Source: Syntrophaceae bacterium UBA4054 (GTDB lineage Bacteria; Desulfobacterota; Syntrophia; Syntrophales; UBA4778). From it: a stretch of DNA of 64,000 bases. The notes beneath the pieces were generated by a model. The model ran no database searches, had not been told where the DNA came from, and saw only the letters and a program-made list of their open reading frames with translations. Location of the stretch: NCBI GenBank assembly GCA_002383495.1, contig DFZO01000045.1, positions 68,442 through 132,441 on the forward strand. The letters are read 5' to 3'. The stretch's first letter is position 1. Every line of letters starts with the position of its first letter. Below, one piece after another: positions 49,390 through 59,021 of the stretch. The position numbers and the translations under genes are program-made.

Positions 49390-50201
49390 TGAGCGCTCGC
49401 GAAAAATATGAAACACTTGTTGCCTATCTGACATCGATTGAATCCTGCGTGGTTGCCTTCTCGGGTGGGCTGGACAGCACCCTGCTGCTCCGGGCCGCGA
49501 AGGATGCCCTGGGAGACAGGGTGACGGCGGTTACAGTTTCAACGCCTTACATGCCTCGATGGGAAATTCAGGAGGCCAGGATAATTGCGGCGGGCATGGG
49601 GATTGTTCACAAGCTGCTGGATATGCCGCTGATGGAAGACATGAGGTTCAACCCCCCCGATCGATGTTATCACTGCAAGAAGCAATTATTTACTGTTCTG
49701 AAAGAGGATGCAAAGAAATCGGGCGTTCGGGTCGTTCTTGACGGAACGAATGCCGACGATCTCCAGGATTATCGCCCGGGTCTCAAAGCCTTGAAGGAGC
49801 TGGGCATCCTGAGCCCCCTCATGACGCAGGGACTGACCAAGGAAGACATTCGAAGCATATCAAGGGAAATAGGTCTTCCAAACTGGAACAAAGGATCCGG
49901 TGCTTGTCTCCTCTCCCGAATGCCCTATAATCATGAAATCACCCTTCATCGGCTGCAGATGATTGAGCAGGCAGAGCATTATCTGATGGAAATGGGGTTC
50001 AAATATGTGAGGATTCGCAGCGATGGCATCGTGGCAAGAATCGAGGTTGGACGGGAAGAGCGAAAAAAATTTTTTGATGAGGAATTTTTGGACGCGGTTT
50101 CAAAAACCCTGAAAGACATTGGTTATATATATGTGGCCTTTGAACTCGAAGGTTATCGGATGGGAAGCATGAACCGCGAACTGCCGGTCAGGAAGAGTTG
50201 A
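49386..50201 (+). CDS. larE: ATP-dependent sacrificial sulfur transferase LarE
   Basis: PP-loop [10 protein letters not shown] and the conserved Cys in [12 protein letters not shown]. 4-nt overlap with larC. Confidence 0.85.
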   Translation: MMSAREKYETLVAYLTSIESCVVAFSGGLDSTLLLRAAKDALGDRVTAVTVSTPYMPRWEIQEARIIAAGMGIVHKLLDMPLMEDMRFNPPDRCYHCKKQLFTVLKEDAKKSGVRVVLDGTNADDLQDYRPGLKALKELGILSPLMTQGLTKEDIRSISREIGLPNWNKGSGACLLSRMPYNHEITLHRLQMIEQAEHYLMEMGFKYVRIRSDGIVARIEVGREERKKFFDEEFLDAVSKTLKDIGYIYVAFELEGYRMGSMNRELPVRKS

Positions 50202-50965
50202 GTCGGGTTGCCCCAATGGGTCGTGAATCGCTGAAGATATTTCTTGAAAAGATCAGGGACGGCGGGATCACCATAGAGGAAGGGATTGCCGGTCTCAAAG
50301 ACCTTTATTATACGGATCTGGGGTGCGCCAAACTCGACAACCACAGGGAACTGCGCGTGGGATATCCGGAAGTGATTTACTGTCCCGGCAAGACAGCCGA
50401 TCAGGTCAAAACAGTGGTGCGGGCCATGCTGGAGAGAAACTCCAATATTCTGGCAACGAAAGCCGATGAAAATCTGTACTCAGCCATCCGTGAGATATGC
50501 TCCGACGCCGTTTATCATTCTCTGGCGAAAATCATTACGATAAAAAGAAAGCCTGCCGAGATATCCGAGAGCTACATAGCCGTCGTCACGGCGGGGACGT
50601 CCGACCTGCCCGTGGCGGAGGAGGCGGCTGTCACGGCGGAATTTTTCGGCAACCGCGTCGAACGAATCGTGGACGTGGGCGTCGCCGGCATTCACCGGTT
50701 GTTTGACAATATGGAGGTCATCAGGGGAGCCCGGGTGATTGTCGTTGCAGCCGGCATGGAAGGAGCCCTTCCAAGCATCATCGGCGGGCTCGTGGACAAA
50801 CCCGTCATCGCCGTGCCGACCAGCGTGGGGTACGGCGCGAGCTTTCAGGGTCTCTCCGCCCTTCTCACCATGCTGAACAGCTGCGCCGGCGGTGTTTGCG
50901 TCGTCAACATCGACAACGGCTACGGTGCGGGATACGTGGCCGGCATGATCAACCGGCTGAAATAA
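50198..50965 (+). CDS. larB: Pyridinium-3,5-biscarboxylic acid mononucleotide synthase LarB
   Basis: [12 protein letters not shown] and a PurE-like C-terminal half. 4-nt overlap with larE. Confidence 0.85.
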   Translation: MSRVAPMGRESLKIFLEKIRDGGITIEEGIAGLKDLYYTDLGCAKLDNHRELRVGYPEVIYCPGKTADQVKTVVRAMLERNSNILATKADENLYSAIREICSDAVYHSLAKIITIKRKPAEISESYIAVVTAGTSDLPVAEEAAVTAEFFGNRVERIVDVGVAGIHRLFDNMEVIRGARVIVVAAGMEGALPSIIGGLVDKPVIAVPTSVGYGASFQGLSALLTMLNSCAGGVCVVNIDNGYGAGYVAGMINRLK

Positions 50966-51038
50966 GACCAAAGATGAATGAGAGATGCCCCCCGGGACGC
51001 TTAATGAGAGAAAAAAGAAATAAGATTCTTTCCGCCGG

Positions 51039-51614
51039 TCAAAGGTCTTCTTTGATGTAAGGGCTCTCGCCGAGGCAGGGGCGGCAGACTTTGCCGTCGC
51101 GCAACGGATAGGCCTCTCCGCATGAGGGGCAGACACCGACGGCTCCCAGCTTCTTCTTGTGGAGGAGTTCGGGTTGAATCCGCACTTTATGATAACTGAG
51201 GATATCCTTGCCCGCCTCCTTGATTTGATCAACGAGTTTTTGACTGTCTTGGCTTGCCTTTGGCTTCAGCTTTAAGAACCATCCCTGGATCTCCGGCCAC
51301 CGCTCCAATTTGGCTGGATCGAGATAGACTCTGACGCCCTCGCCGCTGTACTTTTCGTAAAGCGACAGGGCGAATCTGCCGTAATCGAATATTTTGAGCC
51401 AGCCGTTTCCGATCGTGCAAGGCGTGAGGATCTGCACTGCATCGGGAAGACAGACGTAGGTCTCGCAGATGGCGTCGAAGAATTCGCCGTCGGGAAGTCT
51501 GCGAAGGGCTTCATCAACCATGAACCCGCCTATAATCAATCCGGGCGCCGGATTCCCGTGGAAAGATTTGATCAAGTGGAGGTATTCCTCGTAAGAGTAG
51601 GTTCCAATCTTCAT
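51039..51614 (-). CDS. FmdE/FwdE-family protein with C-terminal zinc ribbon
   Basis: Start at MKIGTYSYEEY. Motif HGNPAPGLIIGG and C-terminal CPSCGE...CRPC. Confidence 0.7.
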   Translation of the reverse strand: MKIGTYSYEEYLHLIKSFHGNPAPGLIIGGFMVDEALRRLPDGEFFDAICETYVCLPDAVQILTPCTIGNGWLKIFDYGRFALSLYEKYSGEGVRVYLDPAKLERWPEIQGWFLKLKPKASQDSQKLVDQIKEAGKDILSYHKVRIQPELLHKKKLGAVGVCPSCGEAYPLRDGKVCRPCLGESPYIKEDL

Positions 51615-51628
51615 CGTGCGTCTCACAT

Positions 51629-52342
51629 TTAATAGACTAAGGCGAGCTTCGGCTCGCGCGTGGCCCTGGGTTGCACACCGAGGGGTGATACGGGTGAAGC
51701 GATCTGTTCGAGCCAATCCCTGTCAATCTCCCCGTCGACGATGGGGAGAATGGAATCGGCAATAAACAGGGCCTCATGGATGTCATGGGTCACAAAAACA
51801 ACGGACAGAGCCCTTTCCTCTTTGATTTTTTTCAGTTCGGCGCGCAGGCCGCGCCGTGTCACCACATCGAGGGCGGAGAAAGGTTCGTCAAGAAGGAGCA
51901 GGCTTGGACGCCTTGCCAGAGCCTGGCAGATCGCGCAGCGCTGCTTTTCACCCCCCGATACCTGATGTGGCTTCCGGTCCCGCAGACGCGACAAACCGAA
52001 ATAATTCACGAGATAGTCGACCTCGCTTTTATCTTTAGCCGCGAAAGCGGCGTTTCCATGTATCGTCAGGTGGGGAAACAGGGTAAAATCCTGAAAGACA
52101 TAACCCAGTTCCCTTTTCTGGGGTGAAAGGCAGATGCCACGGTTCGAGTCGAAAAGGATTTTCTCTTTTAAGACGATCCTTCCTTCATCGGGTTTTTCCA
52201 GGCCGGCCAGCATTCGGATGATGGTCGTCTTTCCAGCCCCGGAGGGGCCGATCAGGACGAGGGTCTTTCCCTCCGGGCAAAAGAAATCGACGTCGATTGA
52301 GAAATATTCCGTCTTTTTGCGGAGAACCGCGCTCAAACCCAT
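51629..52342 (-). CDS. modC: Molybdate/tungstate ABC transporter ATPase
   Basis: Walker A GPSGAGKTT, signature VSGGEKQR, Walker B LLLDEP. It lacks a long C-terminal Mop domain. Confidence 0.8.
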   Translation of the reverse strand: MGLSAVLRKKTEYFSIDVDFFCPEGKTLVLIGPSGAGKTTIIRMLAGLEKPDEGRIVLKEKILFDSNRGICLSPQKRELGYVFQDFTLFPHLTIHGNAAFAAKDKSEVDYLVNYFGLSRLRDRKPHQVSGGEKQRCAICQALARRPSLLLLDEPFSALDVVTRRGLRAELKKIKEERALSVVFVTHDIHEALFIADSILPIVDGEIDRDWLEQIASPVSPLGVQPRATREPKLALVY

Positions 52343-52346
52343 TCGT

Positions 52347-52997
52347 TCAGCTCCTTGTGAGTCGGTTGACCAGTAGAAGAAAAAAATAACTGATCGGGAC
52401 GAAGGCGAGAGACAGCAGCCATGCCTCCCGGTAGTTCATGGTTTCAACAGCTTCGTAAATCGCGATGGAGGCCACCCTCGTTTCACCGGAGATACTTCCG
52501 CCGACCATCAGAATGACCCCGAACGCGCCCATGCTGTGAAGAAAGACGAGAATCGCCGCCGCCGCAATTCCGTTGATGCTGTTGGGAATCATGACCCTGA
52601 AAAACGTTGCGACCGGGGACAGCCCGAGCACATAGGCGTTTTCCCGAAGGCGATGATCCATCTTCTCAAAGGTCGCCTTGATCGGCTGAACCGCAAAAGG
52701 AAGGCTGTAAACGGCGGTCGCGATGACGATCCCGGTGAAGGTGAAGAGAAGCGTTCCCCCGAATACCTCTCCCCATATCGTGCCCACGTACCCCTTCGGT
52801 CCCATGATATATAGGAGGTAAAGCCCGATGACTGTCGGCGGCAAGGCGATGGGGAGGTTGATAAGGGCCTCGAAAAGAAATTTCCCCGGACATTTCACAT
52901 AAACGAGGAAATAGGCCAGCGGCGCCGAGATGAGGATCAGAACAGACGTTGTGATCACTGCCAGTTTTGCCGATAAATAGAGAGGAAAAAAATCCAT
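52347..52997 (-). CDS. modB: Molybdate ABC transporter permease
   Basis: Five to six TM segments and an EAA-like loop (ENAYVLGLSPVATFFRVMIP). Confidence 0.8.
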   Translation of the reverse strand: MDFFPLYLSAKLAVITTSVLILISAPLAYFLVYVKCPGKFLFEALINLPIALPPTVIGLYLLYIMGPKGYVGTIWGEVFGGTLLFTFTGIVIATAVYSLPFAVQPIKATFEKMDHRLRENAYVLGLSPVATFFRVMIPNSINGIAAAAILVFLHSMGAFGVILMVGGSISGETRVASIAIYEAVETMNYREAWLLSLAFVPISYFFLLLVNRLTRS

Positions 52998-53797
52998 TAA
53001 TAATAACCGTAGCGTTTCTTGATTGCCTCAGCCTTGGGAGAAGAGAGAAACCTCAAAAAAACCCGGGCCTCTTTCTGTTTGGCAGAATGTTTTATAAGAC
53101 AGGCCGCCTGCCGGATGAGCGGCGCCTCTTCCACGACATAATAGCAGCCCTTTTTTCCCTGGGATGAAAGCGCCGATGACAGTGCGCAGAAAGAGGCATC
53201 GACTCCGCCCGTCAGGGCATACTGAAAGGCCTGTCCCACATTTTGTGCGGTGACGATCCTGCCCTCCAGTCCCTGCCACAGGGCGCTTTGTTTCAAGGCA
53301 TGTTCAGCGGCTGCGCCGTAAGGAGCCGTTGCCGGGTTAGCCAGGGCGATTTTCCTGACATTTTCTTTCAACAAGGCGTTCTTCCAGTTCGCTGCGTCGC
53401 AAAAATGTTTCCCGGTTCCCCACAGAACAACCCTTCCCGTGGCATAGATGAACGGTTTATCACCGAAGCCCTTTTCGAAGAGGATTTTCGGTCTTTTCTC
53501 GTCGGCGGACAGAAACACGTCATAGGGCGCCTCGTTCATGATCTGGGCGTAAAGACTTCCCGTCGAGGCGAATGTTGCCTCCACTTTCACCTTTGTTTCT
53601 GCCTCGAAGGCGGCGGAGATTTCTTTAAAAGGTATCATAAAATTGGCCGCAACGGCGGCCCTCAAGCTTTCTGTGGCGTGGGACGGCAACGGGCATAATA
53701 AAAAAACAGACAGAGTGAATCCCAATCCTTTAGCAAGGGTTCGCCGGAACTTTTCATTGTTTGTGCAGAAAACAGAAAAATGTTTCATGATGGACAT
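52997..53797 (-). CDS. modA: Molybdate/tungstate ABC transporter substrate-binding protein
   Basis: Signal peptide and ModA-type pattern (AAVAANF, FASTGSLYAQI, NPATAPYG). TAATG overlap with modB. Confidence 0.8.
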   Translation of the reverse strand: MSIMKHFSVFCTNNEKFRRTLAKGLGFTLSVFLLCPLPSHATESLRAAVAANFMIPFKEISAAFEAETKVKVEATFASTGSLYAQIMNEAPYDVFLSADEKRPKILFEKGFGDKPFIYATGRVVLWGTGKHFCDAANWKNALLKENVRKIALANPATAPYGAAAEHALKQSALWQGLEGRIVTAQNVGQAFQYALTGGVDASFCALSSALSSQGKKGCYYVVEEAPLIRQAACLIKHSAKQKEARVFLRFLSSPKAEAIKKRYGYY

Positions 53798-53985
53798 TGC
53801 TTCAACCCTTTCTTCCTTGAATAGGATGATGAAATATTATATTTAGCATAACGCAAGGCATAAATTCCCCCGGCGATGGGTATATCCCCACCGTGTCAGG
53901 GGATCGAACAGCTATATCGGCTCTTGTTGCGTTCGCGAAGGGTGATCTTCCGCAGACAAGGGTCAAAGCGCCGCAAGATTTCCCG

Positions 53986-54654
53986 TCAATGGGAAGCGGC
54001 TTCCGTTTTTTCTTCGCCGTAGACTTCCAGTTTTCCCGACTCTTCCATCTCCCGCAACCACTTGGGGTGCTGCTTCCTCGCCCAGGCCTTCGTGGCCCAG
54101 CCGTCGATCATGGCCATGAACGTGCCGGGGTTCCCGATTGTCCCCAGATAGAGGTGGACGAAGAAGAAAGCGAAAAGGACGACAAATCCAAGGGCATGGA
54201 GGGGATACATCCATCGCACGAGGTCCATGGAAAGACCCACGGGGAACCACATGACGAGTCCCGTCACGCCCATCAGGGCGCCGCAGCCGACCACGGTGAG
54301 AAAGAACATCTTCTGGCCGGGGTTGTACTTGCCGATCTCGGGCACCTTCTCCACGTGCCAGAGATAGCCGCCGGCGCACATCATCCAATCCAGGTCTTCC
54401 GGCATCGAGAATTTCCCCGCCTCATGCCACCACATCCGGGTTGCCAGGACGAGAGAGACAATAAAGAGGAGCCCGGTGAAGTTGTGGACATATTTCAGGG
54501 CCACCAGACCGCCCATGAGGTTCCCGATAAAATTGAGCTCCCGGTACATCATCCCCAGTCCCGTGATGAAGAGGAGGATGCAGGATCCGGCAAGCATCCA
54601 GTGCACGATCCGTTCGAATCCATCCGTTATTTTGATCATTCCTTTTTCCGGCAT
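53986..54654 (-). CDS. fdnI: Formate dehydrogenase cytochrome b (gamma) subunit
   Basis: Four TM helices with conserved His (ERIVHW, VHNFTG, PLHALG, VHLY). Confidence 0.8.
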   Translation of the reverse strand: MPEKGMIKITDGFERIVHWMLAGSCILLFITGLGMMYRELNFIGNLMGGLVALKYVHNFTGLLFIVSLVLATRMWWHEAGKFSMPEDLDWMMCAGGYLWHVEKVPEIGKYNPGQKMFFLTVVGCGALMGVTGLVMWFPVGLSMDLVRWMYPLHALGFVVLFAFFFVHLYLGTIGNPGTFMAMIDGWATKAWARKQHPKWLREMEESGKLEVYGEEKTEAASH

Positions 54655-54655
54655 G

Positions 54656-55462
54656 TTACTTTCCCCCTTCCGCGTGCTTATCCCCGCTCACATCCTCATC
54701 CGGCCGCTTGGGACCGTGCAGAATGTAATGCAGGAGCGATCCGACAACCACACCGCCGCCCGCTATCAGACTCAGCGGCTTCAGCCAGTCCTTCCATGCA
54801 ATGACGGACAGCGGAATCGATGGACTTTTCGGCAGCTTGTCGTAAACCTCGGGTTTTTCGCTGAGGATGTAAACCACATGGGTCCCGCCCACGAACTTAT
54901 CCCCATAAACGCTGGCGTCGCCCCCGAGTTCCTTGACCCGGTCGTAGGCTGCCTTCATCATTTTGTCCTTGCCGCCGATGCTCAGCGCCCCGGTGGGACA
55001 GGACTTCACGCAGGCCGGCTGCTGATTGGACTGAAGACGGGTCAGACAGAGGTCGCACTTGGACACCTTGTCCGTTGCGCGGTTGTATCGGGGGACTTCA
55101 AAGGGACAGGCCGCGATGCATTCCTTGCAGCCGATGCAGAGATTCTTTTTTATCCCCACGGTCCCGTATTCCGTATGATAAAGGGCGCCGCTGGGGCAGA
55201 CCTTCACGCAGGCCGCATCGGTGCAGTGCATGCAGCCGTCTTTCCTGAACATCCACTTGAAGGTCCCTTTGTCGTTGACGTATTCCTGGAAGCGGATCAG
55301 CGTCCAGGTATTCCATTCCAGGTCGGGTGGGTTCTGATAGCTCCCCCAGTTCTTTGTTCTCAAACCCGGAAGTTCGTTCCACTGTTTGCAGGCGACCTGG
55401 CAGCCGCGGCAGGCAGTGCATCTTGTCGTATCGATCACTTTTATGAGTTCAGAAGTGTTCAT
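54656..55462 (-). CDS. fdnH: Formate dehydrogenase iron-sulfur (beta) subunit
   Basis: Four [4Fe-4S] Cys clusters (CTACRGCQVAC and others) and a C-terminal TM anchor. Confidence 0.85.
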   Translation of the reverse strand: MNTSELIKVIDTTRCTACRGCQVACKQWNELPGLRTKNWGSYQNPPDLEWNTWTLIRFQEYVNDKGTFKWMFRKDGCMHCTDAACVKVCPSGALYHTEYGTVGIKKNLCIGCKECIAACPFEVPRYNRATDKVSKCDLCLTRLQSNQQPACVKSCPTGALSIGGKDKMMKAAYDRVKELGGDASVYGDKFVGGTHVVYILSEKPEVYDKLPKSPSIPLSVIAWKDWLKPLSLIAGGGVVVGSLLHYILHGPKRPDEDVSGDKHAEGGK

Positions 55463-55473
55463 CGTCTCTTCTC

Positions 55474-58400
55474 CTATGCCTTGACCACATTCACCATGAA
55501 GGCCTTGTACTCGGGACAGAACGTATTGGCATCACCGACGGTGGGTGTGAGGAAGTTGGTGCTGTCGCCGCCGTCCTTGGGGAATAGCCACCCGTAATTG
55601 AAGGGCAGACCGACCTGGTGAACCGTTTTCCCCTCAACCGTGAAGGGCTGGAACCGCTTCGTCACCATGGCGACGCATTCCACCTGACCGCGGATGGAAT
55701 GCACCTTCACCCGCGATCCGTTCTTGATACCCTTTTCCTGCGCCAGTTTTTCTCCGATCTCCACGTACAGCTCAGGCTGCATCTCCAGCAGCCAGGCCTG
55801 CCATCGTGTGAGGGCTCCGGAGCACCAGTGTTCCGTACAGGAATAGGTAGTGCAGACGTAGGGGAATTTCGCGTCGGCATTGGCCGTTTTGTCCATATCG
55901 CTCTTGAAGATTTCAATGGTGGGGTTGATCAACTGGCCTGAAAGGGGATTCTTTGTCAAGGGTCCTTCCAGCGGCTCGTAATGTTCCGGGAAAGGACCTT
56001 CCACCATGCCGGGCCCGAAGAGGGAGCCCACACCGTCCTGTTTCATGATGAAGGGATACTTCCCTTTTGCCTTGTCCGCCATGGGCGGCCAGGGGCCGTC
56101 AGGCACGTCGCCGACCCACTTGTCGCCGGTCCATTCCAGGAGTTTTCGTTTGGGGTTGTACGGTTTCCCGTTGATATCGCAGGACGCGCGGTTATAGATG
56201 ATTCTCCTGTTGACGGGCCAGGCGAAGGACCAGTTGGGATAGAGTCCGAGCCCCGTGGGATCGTCCTTGCCGCGTTTCATCATCTTGTTTTCGCCGTTGG
56301 CGCCGAAACTTCCCGCCATGATCCAGTTGCCGCCCGAGGTGCTTCCGTCGGCCTTGAGCATGCCGAAAGTCGGAACCGTCTGTCCTTTCTTGTACAGCGT
56401 TTTGACGCCCTTTTCGTCCACGACCGTATCCTTGAGAAAGTGGCCGTTGATCTGCTTCGATATTTTTAAGACATTCATACGCCCTTTGCTGTCAAGATAA
56501 TCCCATTTGAGATTCACGATGGCTTTGGCATTGGGACCGCCTTCCTTTTCATACAGCTTCTTGATTGCCGCCATGATCTTGATTTCGATCTCACCCACGG
56601 GAATTGCGTCACCGGGGGCCTCGGCAGCCTTGTATTTCCACTGCACCCAGCGGCCGGAGTTGCTCTGCGAGCCTTCTTTCTCCATCGATGCGGAAGCAGG
56701 CAGCAGGAAGCATTCCGTCTTGATCTTTTTGGGATCGACTCCGGGACCTCTCCAGAATTCGTATGTTTCGTTATTGAAAATATTTTCACCGACCAGCCAG
56801 TCCAGATTTTCCATCGCCTTGCGGACTTTGTTGGAATTAGGAGTGCTGACGGCCGTATCCGCACCAACACAGAAGTATCCCTTTACCTTGCCTGCATACA
56901 TCGCATCGAACATGTGCATCGTGGAATAGGCTTTCCCGTCGTCGAGCTTGGGCAACCAGTTATAGCCGAATTCATTTTCCTTCGTTGCTTTGTTATCCCA
57001 CATGGATTTCAGGAAGCTGACAAAAAACTTCGGGTAATTCGAATAGTAGTTTGCAGATTGGGGATCTTTCGACACCGGCGTGCATTTATGCAGATATTTT
57101 TCCAGGGTGTCCAGAGAAGCCACGGGCATCTTCAGATATCCGGGCAAATTACCGTACAGGATGCAATGGTCCGTCGAGCCCTGAACGTTGGGCTCGCCGC
57201 GCAGAGCATTGATGCCGCCGCCCGCGATTCCCATGTTGCCCAGAAGCAACTGAATGATCGACATGGAGCGGATGTTCTGGCTTCCCGTCGTATGGTGCGT
57301 CCAGCCCAGTGCGTAGCATTCCGTTCCTGCCTTGCCCGGGACGCCGGTCGAGGCGTATATCTCGTAGACCTTAAGCAGATTTTCTTTAGATACGCCGGTA
57401 ATGCTGGAAACCTTGTCGAGTGTGTAACGAGAATAATGCTTCTTCAGCATTTGGAAAACGGAGCGGGGATTGGTCAGCGTCATATCCCTTTTGGGAATGC
57501 CCTTTCCGTCCTTTTCTAAAACCCAGGTGTCCTTGCTGTATTTCCGTTTTGCCTGGTCATACCCGGAAAAGAGGCCGTCCTTGAAGTAGAAGTCCTTGCT
57601 GACGATGAAGGACGCATTGGTGTAGTTTACGACATAGTCTTTGAAGTATTTACGATGGGTCAGGATATAGTGGATCATGCCCCCCAGGAAGGCGATGTCC
57701 GTGCCGGAACGAAGCGGCACATGAAAATCACAGCGGGCGGAAGTTCTTGTATAACGTGGATCGACATGAATGATCGTTGCGCCTTTTTCTTTTGCTCTCA
57801 ATATCCACTTGAAGGCGATGGGGTGATGCTCGGCGGCATTGCTGCCCATAATCAAAATGACGTCTGCGTTCTTTAAATCACAGTAATGGTTCGTCATGGA
57901 ACCGCGTCCAAACGACTCTCCCAGAGCCGCCACAGATGGACTGTGTCAGACCCTGGCCTGGTGGTCGATGTAGACCAGACCCAGCGCTCTTGACCTGACA
58001 CTCATCACCCAGCATTCTTCGTTGTCCACGTTGGAACTGCCATAGTGACCGATCGTCTCGCAGCGGTTGACGAGCTCTCCCTTGCTGTTCCGGGTGACGA
58101 AACCTTTGTCCCGGGTGTCCTTGACCAGTCGGGCGATCCGGGAAATCGCAAATTCCCAGTCTTTTTCTTCCCACTCGGTTCCATAAGGCTTTCGATAAAG
58201 CACCTTTGTGAGACGATGCTTGTTAGCCTCCGTCAGATCGAAGAAACCGGCGCCTTTGGCGCAGAGCGAGCCCTCGCTGATGGGGTGGTCGGCGTCGCCC
58301 TCGATGTTGAAGATCTTGCCGGTAGCCTTGTCCACACTGCAGACGAGACCGCAGCCGACGGAGCAGTAACAGCAGGTCGTTATCACCTGTTTGGCGCTCT

Positions 58401-58533
58401 TGATCCTGTTCATTTTGTTGAGTTCGTCCGCGTAGGCCCGCAGGGGTCTCAGGTCTATGCCCAAGGAAGACAGGGCCAGACCGGAACCTACGGCGCCGGA
58501 CATGGTCAGGAAACCTCTTCTGGTTATCTTCAT
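55474..58533 (-). CDS. fdnG: Periplasmic formate dehydrogenase catalytic (alpha) subunit, selenocysteine-containing
   Basis: Two same-frame ORFs joined by TGA at 57948-57946. Context IDHQARV-U-HSPSVAALGESFGRGSMTNH matches the FdnG Sec site. Tat signal MKITRRGFL. 1019 codons in total. Confidence 0.85.
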
Positions 58534-58554
58534 ATATAAAGCCTCCTAATGCTT

Positions 58555-58570
58555 ATATCATAAATGATAT
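58555..58570. promoter_or_regulatory. Perfect 16-nt palindrome ATATCATAAATGATAT between the fdnG promoter and its RBS (candidate operator)
   Basis: Read directly. 14 of 16 positions match ATGTCATAAATGACAT at 63364-63379, and the two differences are symmetric. Confidence 0.45.
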
Positions 58571-58585
58571 ATGTCATAGTTGGCA

Positions 58586-58614
58586 TATCTATTTATTTTT
58601 CTCGAATATGTCAA
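58586..58614 (-). promoter_or_regulatory. Sigma70-like promoter for fdnGHI
   Basis: Minus strand: TTGACA (58614-58609), 17 nt spacer, TAGATA (58591-58586). Confidence 0.45.
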
Positions 58615-58717
58615 CAAAAAATTTATACGGATGGAATGGGCATTCCCGGAGCCCGGGCGACGGTCTATCTGAGGAATAGGGAAGACCTTGATAGGGTGTT
58701 GAAAAACATTCTTTTGT

Positions 58718-58945
58718 CAGGCTGTTCAAAAACGTTCAGATGCAAGGCGTCCTTCGACTGGCTCACCCTTCGACCGGCTCAGGGTGACAAAACTGTAGTC
58801 ATGGTGAGCGCAGCTTGTCCTGAGCTTGCCGAAGGGAACCACGCAGCGCAGCCCTTCGGTAAACTCAGGGTAAACTCCGCAGACGCCGTCCCCGCCCTTC
58901 GGGTTACTCAGGATAAACTCCGCGGGGATGGGCGTTTTGTAAAGC
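58718..58945. mobile_element. MITE-like repeat, copy F (longest; right end degenerate)
   Basis: CAGGCTGTTCAAAAACGTTCAGATGCAAGGCGTCCTTCGACTGGCTCA is nearly identical to the left end of copy C. A solo inverted end, GGTGTTGAAAAACATT, lies just upstream at 58696-58710. Confidence 0.65.
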
Positions 58946-59021
58946 CTTCGGCTTTTTCCGGCAAGGAAGATTGTTATCCCAATGCGCTCCCCTGCGGTAC
59001 GCGCCCCCGGTCTACAGCCTG

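Noticed and set aside
53834-53856. ModE operator upstream of modA (ATATTATATTTAGCATAACGC)
   Set aside because: It only loosely resembles the E. coli TATAT-N7-TAYAT / CGTTATAT...ACATAACG site, and the second half-site is missing. There is not enough evidence to call it.
57934-57948. fdnG and fdhA (61135-61137) as disrupted pseudogenes
   Set aside because: The single in-frame stop is TGA at exactly the catalytic Sec/Cys position of the family. Both halves keep one frame, and a hairpin follows. Selenocysteine recoding is the simpler reading.
10236-58945. CRISPR array interpretation of the short repeats
   Set aside because: The repeats are dispersed over tens of kilobases, differ in length and orientation, and are not separated by uniform spacers. 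No cas genes are present.
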